Of a stretch of DNA of 64,000 nt, positions 51,420-61,646 are shown piece by piece (within the stretch, counting starts at the first letter, position 1; each line of letters opens with the position of its first letter). Source of the DNA: an uncultured Trueperaceae bacterium (GTDB taxonomy: Bacteria; Deinococcota; Deinococci; Deinococcales; Trueperaceae); the NCBI GenBank assembly GCA_963815215.1, contig CAWFFU010000004.1, positions 32,001 to 96,000 of the forward strand. Direction: 5' to 3'. The position numbers and the translations under genes were made by a program. The notes under the pieces were generated by a model that ran no database searches, was not told where the DNA came from, and saw only the letters and a list, made by a program, of their open reading frames with translations.

Positions 51420-52955
51420 ATGCGGAAGCGCTCGTCAATTGCCTTCGTGGCCATCGTGTTCGCCCTGCTCGCCGGGGCGGCGTTGGCTCAATCGACGTTC
51501 CGGATCGCCATCGGGGTCGACCCCGATTCCCTCGACCCGGCGCAGGGCACGACCACCACCGTGGACAACGTGCTCGACTACATGGTGCAGCCCCTCGTCA
51601 CCATCGACTCTACGGGCAAGCTCGTGCCCGACCTGGCCACGAGCTGGAGCACCTCGGCCGACGGCAAGACGTTGACGTTCGTGCTGCGACAGGGCGTGAC
51701 CTTCCAGGACGGAACGCCGTTCGACGCGAGCGCCGTGAAGTGGAACCTGGAGCGCCTGCTCGATCCCAAGGTGCGGGTCCCGCGTCGCGGCCAGCTCACG
51801 GTGATCGACTCGGTCGACGTGGTGGACGCCCACACCGTTCGCCTCAACCTCAAGGAGCCGTCGCCCGCGCTGGTGGGCGCACTGTCACAGACCACGGTGG
51901 GCATGCTGTCACCTGCTTCGGTCGACAAGGACGGCAATAGCTACCAGAACATCGTGCATCCGGTGGGCACCGGCGCCTACACCTACACCTCGCGGCAGAA
52001 GGGCAGCAACGTCGTCGTCACGCGCTATGCCGGCTACTGGGGTGAGAAGCCCTACTACGACAAGGTGGTGTTCCAGGTGGTGCCCGAGGCCACCACCCGC
52101 GAGAGCCTGTTGCTCGCCGGCCAGGTGGACCTGATCATCCTGCCGCCCACTTCGGATCTCCCCGCGCTCCAGCACAACTCCCGCGTGAAGGTGCTGTTCG
52201 GGCCCAGCGACCGCACCGTCTTCATCGCCATCAACACCAGCAAGAAGGTGTTGGACAACAAGCTGGTGCGCGAGGCGCTCAACTACGCGGTCGACAAGCA
52301 GGCCATCATCAAGGGCGTGCTGTTCGGCGCCGCCGAGCCGATGGACGCCCCCATGGCGCCCAGCCTCTTCGGCTACAAGAAGATCGGCGCCTACCCCTAC
52401 GACCCTGAGAAGGCCAAGCAACTGCTCAAGCAGGCGGGCGTCGATCCCTCGCAGATCACGCTCCACATGATCTCGCCCACGGGCCGCTACGTTCAGGACT
52501 TCCCTGCCGCCCAGGCCATCGCCAACTACATCCGCGACATCGGCTTCAAGGTCGACGTGCGCACCATGGACTGGCCCACCTACGTCGGCACCATCACCAA
52601 GCCCAAGGCCGAGAACACCACCGAGCTCCACCTGCTGGGCTGGGCGCCCTCCTTCATGGACGCCTCGCAGCAGATGCAGCAGTTCGACTGCACCCAGAGC
52701 CCGCCCAACGGCCTGGCGACCTCGTTCTACTGCAACCAGGACGTCCAGAAGCTGCTGAACCAGGCGAGTAGCGAGATCGACGTGCAGAAGCGGGACCAGC
52801 TCTACCAGCAGGCCTCCCAGATCATCTGGGACGACGCGCCCTGGATCTTCCTGTGGGTGCAGAGCTTCCCGATGGCCTACCAGGCCAACCTGACCGGCAT
52901 CGCGGGCCTGCCCAACGAGAAGTTCTACGCGCTCTACGCGCACCCTGCGAACTAG
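51420..52955 (+). CDS. Peptide/nickel ABC transporter substrate-binding protein (family 5)
   Basis: Signal peptide ending ALA; PDLATSW, LRQGVTFQDGTPF, VGTG, VREALNYAVD. Confidence 0.9.
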   Translation: MRKRSSIAFVAIVFALLAGAALAQSTFRIAIGVDPDSLDPAQGTTTTVDNVLDYMVQPLVTIDSTGKLVPDLATSWSTSADGKTLTFVLRQGVTFQDGTPFDASAVKWNLERLLDPKVRVPRRGQLTVIDSVDVVDAHTVRLNLKEPSPALVGALSQTTVGMLSPASVDKDGNSYQNIVHPVGTGAYTYTSRQKGSNVVVTRYAGYWGEKPYYDKVVFQVVPEATTRESLLLAGQVDLIILPPTSDLPALQHNSRVKVLFGPSDRTVFIAINTSKKVLDNKLVREALNYAVDKQAIIKGVLFGAAEPMDAPMAPSLFGYKKIGAYPYDPEKAKQLLKQAGVDPSQITLHMISPTGRYVQDFPAAQAIANYIRDIGFKVDVRTMDWPTYVGTITKPKAENTTELHLLGWAPSFMDASQQMQQFDCTQSPPNGLATSFYCNQDVQKLLNQASSEIDVQKRDQLYQQASQIIWDDAPWIFLWVQSFPMAYQANLTGIAGLPNEKFYALYAHPAN

Positions 52956-52991
52956 GGGAGGAGCCTTGGGCATAGCGGTCCTGCGGCCTTC

Positions 52992-53921
52992 ATGAGCGGT
53001 TCTCTCGGCTACTTGCTGCAGCGTCTCATCGGAGTGATGGTCACGATCCTGTTCGTGGCCATCACCATCTTCCTGATGGTGCGCATCCTCCCGGGTGACC
53101 CGGCCCGTGTCATCGCGGGGGTGCTGGCGAGCGACCAGGACGTCGCGCGTATCCGCACCCAGCTCGGTCTCGACCAGCCTCTGTGGACGCAGGCCGGCAT
53201 CTTCCTGAACGATCTCGCCCACGGCAACCTCGGCGTCAGCGCCCGCACCTCGGACCCCGTCACCCAGGAGATCCTGGCGCGCCTTCCCTACACGGCCTTG
53301 CTGGCGGTGGTGAGCCTGGCGGTCGCGGTGGCGGTGGGTCTGCCGCTCGGAGCCCTGGCCGCGGCCCGCGCCGGCAGCCTCGCCGACCTGGCGGTGTCGG
53401 CGCTGGTGCTGTTCGGCATCAGCATGCCGGTGTACTGGCTGGGCCTGATGCTCATCATCCTGTTCTCGATCCAACTCCGGTGGCTGCCGGCCGCTGGTGC
53501 TTCGGGCCCTCTCTCGATCATCCTGCCGGCGTTCACCCTGGCCGCCTTCTCGGTGGCGTTCATCGCGCGCATCACGCGCTCGAGCATGCTCGAGGTACTC
53601 CGTCAGGACTACATTCGCACCGCGCATGCCAAGGGGACGCACGCGCGCAGCGTGCTGTGGCGCCACGCCCTGCGCAACGCCCTGCCGCCGATCGTGACCA
53701 TCATCGGGCTGCAGTTCGGGGAGCTGCTCGGGGGCGCCATCCTCACCGAGACCGTGTTCGGGTGGCCGGGGATGGGACGGCTGCTGGTCGACTCCATCTT
53801 CGCCCGCGACTACCCCATGGTGCAGGGGCTCGTCATCGTCTTCGCTCTGATGTTCGCGCTGGTCAACCTGGCGGTCGACCTGCTATACGAGCGCATCGAC
53901 CCGCGGGTGCGCTATGGCTAG
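52992..53921 (+). CDS. Peptide ABC transporter permease (OppB/DppB-like)
   Basis: PGDPA, DYIRTAHAKG, HALRNA, RDYP, IDPR. Confidence 0.92.
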   Translation: MSGSLGYLLQRLIGVMVTILFVAITIFLMVRILPGDPARVIAGVLASDQDVARIRTQLGLDQPLWTQAGIFLNDLAHGNLGVSARTSDPVTQEILARLPYTALLAVVSLAVAVAVGLPLGALAAARAGSLADLAVSALVLFGISMPVYWLGLMLIILFSIQLRWLPAAGASGPLSIILPAFTLAAFSVAFIARITRSSMLEVLRQDYIRTAHAKGTHARSVLWRHALRNALPPIVTIIGLQFGELLGGAILTETVFGWPGMGRLLVDSIFARDYPMVQGLVIVFALMFALVNLAVDLLYERIDPRVRYG

Positions 53922-54804
53922 CCCGGTTCAGGCCTCGCGCTCCGACGACCTGCTGCGACGCGTCTTCGGCGGGGAGACGCTCAAGCGCTTGCGCAGGAAC
54001 CCGTCGGCCGTCGCCGGCTTCGTCATCCTGCTGGTGCTCGTGCTGGCGGCGATCTTCGCGCCGTTGCTGACGCCCTACGATCCCGCCCGGCAGTCCCTCG
54101 CGGACGTGCTGCAGCACCCGTCCCGAACGCACCTGCTGGGCACCGACCAACTCGGCCGCGACCTGCTGGCGCGCATCCTCTACGGCGGCCGGTTGACGCT
54201 CTTCATCGGCGCCTTCGCTGTGGCGGTGGGCATCGTGGTGGGGGTGCCGCTCGGCGTCGTCTCCGGCTTCTACCGGGGCGCCACCGACATGATCATCCAG
54301 CGCGTGATGGACTTGATGCTGGCGTTCACCAGCTTCTTGCTCGCGCTCACGCTGGTGTCGCTGCTCGGGGTGGGCCTCACCAACGTCATCGTGGCGGTCG
54401 GCATCAGCACCATCCCGCGCTTCGCGAGACTGGTGAGGAGCTCGGTGCTGACCATCCGCGAGATCAGCTACGTCGAGGCCAGCCGCGCCCTGGGCGCGGC
54501 CGACCAGCGGGTGTTGTGGCGGCACGTGCTCCCCAACGCCGTGGCGCCCGTCATCGTGCAGGCCACGCTGTCGATGGGGGGGACCATCCTGACGGCCGCC
54601 GGCCTGGGCTTCCTGGGTCTGGGCGTGCAGCCTCCCACCCCGGAGTGGGGCGCCATGCTCGGGCAGGGACGCAACTACATCTTCTCCAATCCCTCGGTGA
54701 GCACCTTCCCGGGGATCGCCATCTTCCTGGCCGTGATGGGCTTCAACCTGCTCGGCGACGGTTTGCGCGACGCGCTCGACCCCCAGCTCCGCGGCTCCCG
54801 CTGA
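53914..54804 (+). CDS. Peptide ABC transporter permease (OppC/DppC-like)
   Basis: HLLGTDQLGRD, HVLPN, PEWGAM, GDGLRDALDP. Confidence 0.92.
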   Translation: MASPVQASRSDDLLRRVFGGETLKRLRRNPSAVAGFVILLVLVLAAIFAPLLTPYDPARQSLADVLQHPSRTHLLGTDQLGRDLLARILYGGRLTLFIGAFAVAVGIVVGVPLGVVSGFYRGATDMIIQRVMDLMLAFTSFLLALTLVSLLGVGLTNVIVAVGISTIPRFARLVRSSVLTIREISYVEASRALGAADQRVLWRHVLPNAVAPVIVQATLSMGGTILTAAGLGFLGLGVQPPTPEWGAMLGQGRNYIFSNPSVSTFPGIAIFLAVMGFNLLGDGLRDALDPQLRGSR

Positions 54805-54829
54805 GCCCCCTGCCCCCGAAAGGATCCCC

Positions 54830-56020
54830 ATGCCCGACTCCCATGCCGTCGTCTTCCATGGCACGTTCATCGACCCGCTCGAGGCCGCCGCTCGCGAGGG
54901 CTGGTTGCACGTTACCGATGGCCGCATCGTCACCCTCGAGGACCGCGCGCCGGCCGCGGGCGCCGAGGTGGTGGAGCTCGACGGCTGGGTGGTTCCCGGC
55001 CTCGTCGACGCCCACATCCACCTGAGCCTCGACGGCGGAACGGACCCCAGCGCACGGCTCCAGGCCGAGCGCACGACGGATACCGTGGTCCGGGCGCTGG
55101 ATCACCTGCGGGCGCACCTCCGCGCCGGCATCACCACCGTGCGCGACCTCGGCGGCCCCGGCACGCTCGCCATCGACCTCGCGCGGGCCGTCGAGGACGG
55201 CCGTATCGAGGGGCCGACGGTGGTGGCGTGCGGACGCAACATCACCATGACGGGCGGCCACGCCCACGCCTTCGGCATCGAAGCCGACGGTCCCGACGCG
55301 GTCCGCCGGGCGGCGCGCGGTCAGCTCCAGGCCGGCGCCCGGGTGCTCAAGTTCATGGCCACCGGAGGCGTGCTCACGCCCGGCGTGACGGCGGGCGCCG
55401 AGGCGCTCACCGAGGCGGAGCTGCGCGCCGGGATCGAGGAGGCGCACAAGGCGGGCAAGCGCACCGCCACCCACGCGCAGGGGCTGGCGGGGATCAAGAA
55501 CGCGCTGCGCGCCGGCATCGACACCCTCGAGCACGGCGCCTTCGACGCCTGGGACGAGGAGGCGCTCGGCATCATGACGTCGGGACCGCGCCCGGTGTGG
55601 CTGGTGCCGACGCTGGCCGCGCCCGACGGCATCCTGGCGGGAGAGGGCAGGGTACCGGCCTGGGCCGTCGCCAAGACCCGGCCCATCGCCGAGCGTCACC
55701 GTGCCAACGCGCTCGAGGCCTACCGCGCCGGCGTTCGCATCGCCGCGGGCACCGACGCAGGCACCCCCCTCAACCCGCACGGCAACCTCCCGCGCGAGCT
55801 CGAGCTGCTCGCCGACATCGGTCTGCCGCCGGCCGCCGTGCTGCAGGCGGCGACCAGCCAGGCCGCCGCCGCGCTCGACCTGGCCGGCGAGGTCGGCACC
55901 CTGCAGGCGGGCGCGCGCGCCGACCTGGTGGTGCTGGGCGCCGATCCGTTGCGCGACCCGAAGGCCTACCGGGCGGTCCGTGATGTCTTCAAGGGAGGGC
56001 GGCGGCCGGCGTTCGGTTAG
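54830..56020 (+). CDS. Amidohydrolase family protein (prolidase-like subgroup)
   Basis: PGLVDAHIH, GITTVRD, LKFMATGG, HA, EHG, AGTDAG. Confidence 0.88.
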   Translation: MPDSHAVVFHGTFIDPLEAAAREGWLHVTDGRIVTLEDRAPAAGAEVVELDGWVVPGLVDAHIHLSLDGGTDPSARLQAERTTDTVVRALDHLRAHLRAGITTVRDLGGPGTLAIDLARAVEDGRIEGPTVVACGRNITMTGGHAHAFGIEADGPDAVRRAARGQLQAGARVLKFMATGGVLTPGVTAGAEALTEAELRAGIEEAHKAGKRTATHAQGLAGIKNALRAGIDTLEHGAFDAWDEEALGIMTSGPRPVWLVPTLAAPDGILAGEGRVPAWAVAKTRPIAERHRANALEAYRAGVRIAAGTDAGTPLNPHGNLPRELELLADIGLPPAAVLQAATSQAAAALDLAGEVGTLQAGARADLVVLGADPLRDPKAYRAVRDVFKGGRRPAFG

Positions 56021-56077
56021 CCTGGGCCCACGGATGCGCCGCTTCACGGAAGCCGGCGCGTTTCCCTGGAGGACGCC

Positions 56078-59000
56078 ATGCAGGACGCGCAGACGAACCC
56101 GTACTACCCCGTCGAGCCCTGGGCGGTTCGCGAGACCGCCTTCGACCCGGCCGGCTGCGCGCGCAGCGAGTCGATCTTCGCGCTGGGCAACGGCTACCTC
56201 GGGTTCCGCGGAGTCTTCGAGGAGGGGCTCGACCCCGCCGCGGGCAATTCGGTCCGCGGGACCTACCTCAACGGCTTCCACGAGTCGGGGCCGATCCACT
56301 ACCCCGAGGACGCCTACGGTCTGGCCCGCAAGCGCCAGACGTTGCTCAACGTCACGGACGCGCTCGGCATCGAGCTGCGCGTCGACGGCGAGCGCTTCTC
56401 CATGACCGACGGTCGGCTGGAAGGGTTCGAGCGCGTGCTGGACTTCCGGCGCGGCGTGCTGGAGCGTTCGCTCACCTGGGTCTCGCCCCGCGGGCAGCGC
56501 GTGTCGCTGCACATCGAGAGGCTGGTGTCGCTGACGCGCCGGCCCGTCGCCGCCGTGCGCTACCGGGTGGTGCCGCTCGACGGGGAGCTCGAGCTCGAGC
56601 TGCGCTCCGGCGTCGACGGCCGGGTCGAGAACGCCGTGGACGAGAGCGATCACCGCGTCGGTGGCGTCGCCGGCCGGGTCCTGGTCAGCGTCGGCTCCGA
56701 GCTCGAGGACGAGCTGCTCGCCCTGCGACAGCGCGCGCCGGGGAGCGGCATGGAGCTCGGCTGCGCGGCCGCCCACCGGGTGACCGGCGGACGCGCCCTG
56801 GAGCGCCGGGCGCTCCAGGAGGACCATCGCCTGGCGCTGACCTACCGCGTCCGAGCCGGCCGGGGCGAGGCCGTCACGCTGGAGAAGACCCTCGCCTACG
56901 TCGACAGCCGTGAGGTCGAGCCGGATGCGCTGCTCGAACGCTGCGCCGCCGCGGCCGAGCAGGGGCGAGAGGTCGGCTTCGAGGCGCTCGAAGCGGAGCA
57001 GCGCGCGGAGCTGGCCTCGTTCTGGACCGGCGCGGACGTCGAGGTGGAGGGGGACGATGCGCTCCAGCAGAGCCTGCGCTTCGGGGCGCTGCAGCTGCTG
57101 CAGGGCACCGGCCGGGACGGCCGCAGCTCGGTCGCGGCCAAGGGGCTGACGGGCCCCGGCTACGAGGGGCACCTCTTCTGGGACGCCGAGGTGTACGTCC
57201 TGCCCTTCTTCCTCCACACCCGGCCCGCGGTGGCGCGCTCCATGCTGGAGCACCGCATCCGCGGCCTGGACGCCGCCCGCGCCCGTGCCCGCGAGCTCTC
57301 GCACGCCGGCGCCCTCTACCCCTGGCGCACCATCGACGGCGACGAGGCCTCGGCCTACTTCCCGGCCGGCACCGCCCAGATCCACATCGACGCGGACATC
57401 GCCTACGCGCTGGAGCGCTACCTCGAGGCCACCGACGACGTCGACCTGCTGTGGCAGGGGGGCGCGGCGATGCTGTTCGAGACCGCCCGCTTCTGGTTGT
57501 CGCGGGGGACCTTCGTGGCGCGCCGCGGCGGGCGCTTCTGCCTCCACACGGTGACGGGCCCCGACGAGTACACCGCGCTGGTGGACAACAACCTCTACAC
57601 CAACGTGATGGCGCAGGGGCACCTGCGCTTCGCGGTGCGGGTCGCCGAGCGGCTCGAGCGCGAGGCGCCGTCGCGCTTCGCCGAGCTCGCCCGCGGCCTC
57701 GCGCTGGACGCGGCCGAGATCGAGCGCTGGGGCCGGGCCGCGGAGCGCATGGAGCTTCCCTATGACCGCGACCTCGGGGTGCACCCTCAGGACGACGGCT
57801 TCCTCGAGCGCGAGCCGTGGGACCCGGCGACCATCCCCGCGCAGAAGCGGCCGCTGTTGCTGCACTACCACCCGCTCGACATCTACCGGCGCCAGGTGCT
57901 GAAGCAGGCCGACGTGGTGCTGGCCCTCTTCCTGCACGAGGAGCGCTTCGACCGGGCCGCGGCGCGCCGCGACTTCGCGTACTACGAGCCGCTCACCACC
58001 CACGACTCGTCGCTGTCGCCGTGCGTGCACGGCATCATGGCGGCCCGGCTGGGCCAGGTCGACAAGGCCTACGCCTACTTCGGGCGGACCGCCCGCATGG
58101 ACCTCGACGACCTCAACGGCAACGTCAAGGACGGCGTGCACACCGCAGCCATGGGCGGGACCTGGCTGGCGGTGGTGGCGGGCTTCGCGGGGATGCGGGT
58201 GCGCGAGGGGGGGCTCGTCTTCGAGCCGCGGCTCCCCGACGCCTGGCAGGGGCTGCGCTTCCGTGTGAGCTTCCGCGGCGCGACGCTCGAGGTCACGGTG
58301 CGCCGCGAGCGCACGCACTATCACCTCGTCGAGGGCGGACCGCTGCGCGTGACGCACAGGTCCGACGTGCTGGAGCTCGGCCCGGGGGGGCAGGCGGCGC
58401 GCTCCAACGCCGCCCAGCTCAGGGCGGTGCTGTTGGATCTGGACGGCGTCATCACCGACACCGCCGAGTACCACTACCGCGCCTGGCAGAAGCTGGCCGA
58501 CGGACTCGGCATCCCCTTCGACCGCGAGGCCAACGAGGCGCTCCGAGGCGTGGGGCGCATGGAATCGCTGGAGCGGATCCTCGAGCGCGGTGATCGGCCC
58601 GTCGACGATGACGAGAAGGCGCGGCTGGCCGACGACAAGAACCGCCACTATCGGGAGCTCATCGCAGGGATCTCACCGTACGACCTGCTTCCCGGCATCG
58701 CCTCCCTGCTGCGCGAGTTGCGGGGCGCCGGGCTCAAGCTGGCGGTGGCGTCGGCCAGCCGCAACGCGCCGGCGGTGATCGCCGGCCTCGGCATCGAGGA
58801 CCTCTTCGACGTGGTGGTCGACGCGGGCCTGGTGGTGCGCGGCAAGCCCGATCCGGAGGTGTTCCAGCGGGCGGCCGAAGCGCTCGGCGTGGCGGACGAG
58901 GACTGCCTGGGCATCGAGGACGCCGAGGCGGGCGTGGCCGCGCTCCGTGCCGCCGGCATGGCGACGGTGGGCGTGGGCGACGCCGCTCGGCTGTCCGCGG

Positions 59001-59095
59001 CGCACCGGGTGGTGCCCGCCACCGCCGCGCTCGACCTGGCGCTGCTGCGCGAGGCGTTCGCGGACGCGCAGGGCCATGGCGGCGAGCCCGGCTAG
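56078..59095 (+). CDS. GH65 glycoside phosphorylase fused to C-terminal beta-phosphoglucomutase (HAD)
   Basis: GH65: GNGYLG, GHLFWD, GPDEY, KQAD, HDSSLS. HAD: DLDGVITDT, SASRN, KPDPEVF, IEDAEAG. Confidence 0.9.
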   Translation: MQDAQTNPYYPVEPWAVRETAFDPAGCARSESIFALGNGYLGFRGVFEEGLDPAAGNSVRGTYLNGFHESGPIHYPEDAYGLARKRQTLLNVTDALGIELRVDGERFSMTDGRLEGFERVLDFRRGVLERSLTWVSPRGQRVSLHIERLVSLTRRPVAAVRYRVVPLDGELELELRSGVDGRVENAVDESDHRVGGVAGRVLVSVGSELEDELLALRQRAPGSGMELGCAAAHRVTGGRALERRALQEDHRLALTYRVRAGRGEAVTLEKTLAYVDSREVEPDALLERCAAAAEQGREVGFEALEAEQRAELASFWTGADVEVEGDDALQQSLRFGALQLLQGTGRDGRSSVAAKGLTGPGYEGHLFWDAEVYVLPFFLHTRPAVARSMLEHRIRGLDAARARARELSHAGALYPWRTIDGDEASAYFPAGTAQIHIDADIAYALERYLEATDDVDLLWQGGAAMLFETARFWLSRGTFVARRGGRFCLHTVTGPDEYTALVDNNLYTNVMAQGHLRFAVRVAERLEREAPSRFAELARGLALDAAEIERWGRAAERMELPYDRDLGVHPQDDGFLEREPWDPATIPAQKRPLLLHYHPLDIYRRQVLKQADVVLALFLHEERFDRAAARRDFAYYEPLTTHDSSLSPCVHGIMAARLGQVDKAYAYFGRTARMDLDDLNGNVKDGVHTAAMGGTWLAVVAGFAGMRVREGGLVFEPRLPDAWQGLRFRVSFRGATLEVTVRRERTHYHLVEGGPLRVTHRSDVLELGPGGQAARSNAAQLRAVLLDLDGVITDTAEYHYRAWQKLADGLGIPFDREANEALRGVGRMESLERILERGDRPVDDDEKARLADDKNRHYRELIAGISPYDLLPGIASLLRELRGAGLKLAVASASRNAPAVIAGLGIEDLFDVVVDAGLVVRGKPDPEVFQRAAEALGVADEDCLGIEDAEAGVAALRAAGMATVGVGDAARLSAAHRVVPATAALDLALLREAFADAQGHGGEPG

Positions 59096-59141
59096 CGCGG
59101 CCCGGGCACGTGGACGGGACGCCCGGAGCTAGCATGGTGGG

Positions 59142-60359
59142 GTGAGCGCCGACGCCGACCTCCCCGTGGATGCCTTCCTGGTGTCGCAGCAGGCGGGAGC
59201 CACCACCCTCAGCCGGAACCGGCGGGAGGTCGTGACCTTCGACCTGGAGGGACGGCCGCAGAGTTGGATGAGCGAGGGCCGCACCTACAAGCGTTCGCTG
59301 GCGTCGGAGGTGTTCGGCCGCCGCACCGTCGACGGCGTTCGGCGACGCTGGCGCGTCGATACCGCCTCGGCCGCCGACCACTTCAGGCTCGCCGCCGAGG
59401 TCGCGGCGGCGGCGAGCGCGGGCCTGGCCGCGGGTACGTTGCGACGTGCGGACCGGGGGCGGCTCCGCCCCCTCGAGGAGGACGCGGCGCGCACGCTCTC
59501 CACACGGCTGGAACGGATCCTCGACTGGACACCCGAGCGCCTTCAGGACGAGCGTTCGCGCTTCCTGGCCGCCTACCGGCCCGTCAGCATCTTGCCGCCC
59601 GACCAGTACGGCTCGGTGGTGGTGCAGGCGACCTACGGTTGCTCGTGGAACCGCTGCACCTTCTGCACCTTCTACCAGGACCGCCCCTTCGAGGTCCGCG
59701 AGCCGGACGCCTTCGCCGAGCACGTCGAGTTGGTGCGCGGCCTGCTCGGCCGCGCGGTCGATGCCCGGCACGGCGTCTTCTTCGGTGACGGCAACGCCCT
59801 GGTGCTGGCCAACCGGCGCCTGGAGCCACTGCTGCGGATCGTGCGGTCCGTCTTCCCCGGCCGGCCGGTGAGCAGCTTCGTCGACGTCTTCGGCGGCGAG
59901 CGCAAGCCCGCCGGCGCCTGGCGGGAGCTCGCCGCGCAGGGCCTGTCCCGCGTGGCGGTCGGCCTGGAGACCGGCTCCGACGCGCTGCTGCGCTACCTCA
60001 ACAAGCCGGGTGGCGCCGACGAGGCGGCCGCCTTCATCGCCACCCTCAAGCAGGCGGGACTGGCGGTCTCGGTCATCGTCATGGTCGGCGCCGGCGGGGC
60101 GCGTTTCGCCGAGGCGCACGAACGCGACACCGAGGCGCTGCTCGCGCGTCTGCCGCTCGGCGCCGGCGATCACGTCTACCTGTCGCCGTTCGTGGTGCAA
60201 CCGGGGTCGGCGTACGCGATGCGTTCCGAGGCGGACGGGCTGCGGCCGCTGTCGGCCGGCGAGCGCTCGGGGCAGTACGGGCGCCTGCGCGCCGCGGCGC
60301 GCCGCTCCCTGCCGGAGGCCCGCGTGGCGCTGTACTCCATCGACGAGTTCGTGTACTGA
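59142..60359 (+). CDS. Radical SAM protein of unknown function
   Basis: CxxxCxxC in GCSWNRCTFC; FFGDGNAL; GLETG. Leaderless TAGCAT + 6 nt + GTG. Confidence 0.85.
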   Translation: MSADADLPVDAFLVSQQAGATTLSRNRREVVTFDLEGRPQSWMSEGRTYKRSLASEVFGRRTVDGVRRRWRVDTASAADHFRLAAEVAAAASAGLAAGTLRRADRGRLRPLEEDAARTLSTRLERILDWTPERLQDERSRFLAAYRPVSILPPDQYGSVVVQATYGCSWNRCTFCTFYQDRPFEVREPDAFAEHVELVRGLLGRAVDARHGVFFGDGNALVLANRRLEPLLRIVRSVFPGRPVSSFVDVFGGERKPAGAWRELAAQGLSRVAVGLETGSDALLRYLNKPGGADEAAAFIATLKQAGLAVSVIVMVGAGGARFAEAHERDTEALLARLPLGAGDHVYLSPFVVQPGSAYAMRSEADGLRPLSAGERSGQYGRLRAAARRSLPEARVALYSIDEFVY

Positions 60360-60433
60360 CCGGCGCCCGGGGTAGGGTCCCCGGCGCCGGGCGCGGGCAT
60401 CGCAGGGCCGGGGCTCCTCGCGTACACTGGCGC

Positions 60434-61624
60434 ATGGACTGGATCGACACCGCGCGGGCAGCGCTCGCCGAGGCGCAGCTCGACGCCTGGCTGCTCTACG
60501 ACTTCCGAGGTATCAACCCCATCGCCCACGCGCGCATCGCGCCGCTGCTGGACGGCGGCGTCGGCTCGAGGCGGGTGTTCCTGCTGGTGCCGGTCGAGGG
60601 CGAGCCGGTGCTGCTGGTGCACGCTATCGAGCGCGGCTCGATCCCGCCGCTGCCGTTCGAGGTGCGCGCCTACTCCAGCCGCGACAGCCTGGAGCGCTCG
60701 CTGCGCGAGCTGCTGGCGGGCCGGCCGCGGGTGGCGATGGAGTACTCCCCCCACGGCGACAACCCGTACGTCGGGACGGTCGACGCTGGCACGGTGGAGA
60801 TGGTGCGCGCGCTGGGCGTGGAGGTGCGCTCCTCGGGCGAGGTGGCGCAGGCGCTGGAGGTGTGGACGCCCCGCCAGGTCGATGCTCATCTGGAGGCGGC
60901 CGAGGTGGTCCTGGAGGCCAAGGATCGCGCCTTCGGGTTCCTGGGCGAGCGCCTGGCGCTCGGCGCCGAGGTGCACGAGACGGAGGTGCAACGGGTCATC
61001 GTCGATTTCTTCGGCGCGCACGGCCTGGTGTTCGATCATCCCCCCAACGTGAGCTTCGGAGCGCACGCCGGCGACCCGCACTACGTGCCGCGGGCCGGCC
61101 AGGACGCGGTGGTGCGCCCCGGCGACGTGGTGCTGATCGACCTGTGGGGCAAGCTCGACCGGGACGACGCACCCTACGCCGACGTCACCTGGATGGGCGT
61201 GTGCGGCGAGCCGAGCGCGGAGCTCAGTGAGGCGTTCGCCGCCGTGATCGAGGCCCGCGACGCCGCCGTCCGCGCCATCGCCGAGGCCTACGCCGCCGGG
61301 CGCCCGCCCGAGGGACGCGCCATCGATCGGGTGGTGCGCGACCTGCTGGCGGCGCGCGGCTACGGCGACGACGTCTTCATGCACCGCACCGGGCACAGCC
61401 TGGGCACGCGGCACACCCACGGCGATGCGGCGCACCTCGACGACTTCGAGACGCGTGAGCGCCGGCGCCTCATCCCCGGGCTGGGCATCACCATCGAGCC
61501 GGGCGTGTACTTCCCGCACTTCGGCGTGCGCAGCGAGATCGACGTGCTGCTCGAGAGCGACGGTCCGCGGGCCACCACCGACCTGCAGGGCGAGTTGGAG
61601 CGGTTGCCGGCGCCGCCGAGCTGA
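60434..61624 (+). CDS. M24 metallopeptidase (Xaa-Pro aminopeptidase-like)
   Basis: PHY, LIDLW, YADVT, HRTGHSLG, IEPGVY, RSE. Confidence 0.9.
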   Translation: MDWIDTARAALAEAQLDAWLLYDFRGINPIAHARIAPLLDGGVGSRRVFLLVPVEGEPVLLVHAIERGSIPPLPFEVRAYSSRDSLERSLRELLAGRPRVAMEYSPHGDNPYVGTVDAGTVEMVRALGVEVRSSGEVAQALEVWTPRQVDAHLEAAEVVLEAKDRAFGFLGERLALGAEVHETEVQRVIVDFFGAHGLVFDHPPNVSFGAHAGDPHYVPRAGQDAVVRPGDVVLIDLWGKLDRDDAPYADVTWMGVCGEPSAELSEAFAAVIEARDAAVRAIAEAYAAGRPPEGRAIDRVVRDLLAARGYGDDVFMHRTGHSLGTRHTHGDAAHLDDFETRERRRLIPGLGITIEPGVYFPHFGVRSEIDVLLESDGPRATTDLQGELERLPAPPS

Positions 61625-61646
61625 AGACCGGCCGAAGGGAGCCAGC

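Noticed and set aside
54743..58648. Very long antisense or alternate-frame ORFs (e.g. 54743-58648, 35116-37662, 13288-15645, 6660-8849)
   Set aside because: Shadow ORFs opposite well-supported genes; expected at this GC content and lacking recognisable motifs.
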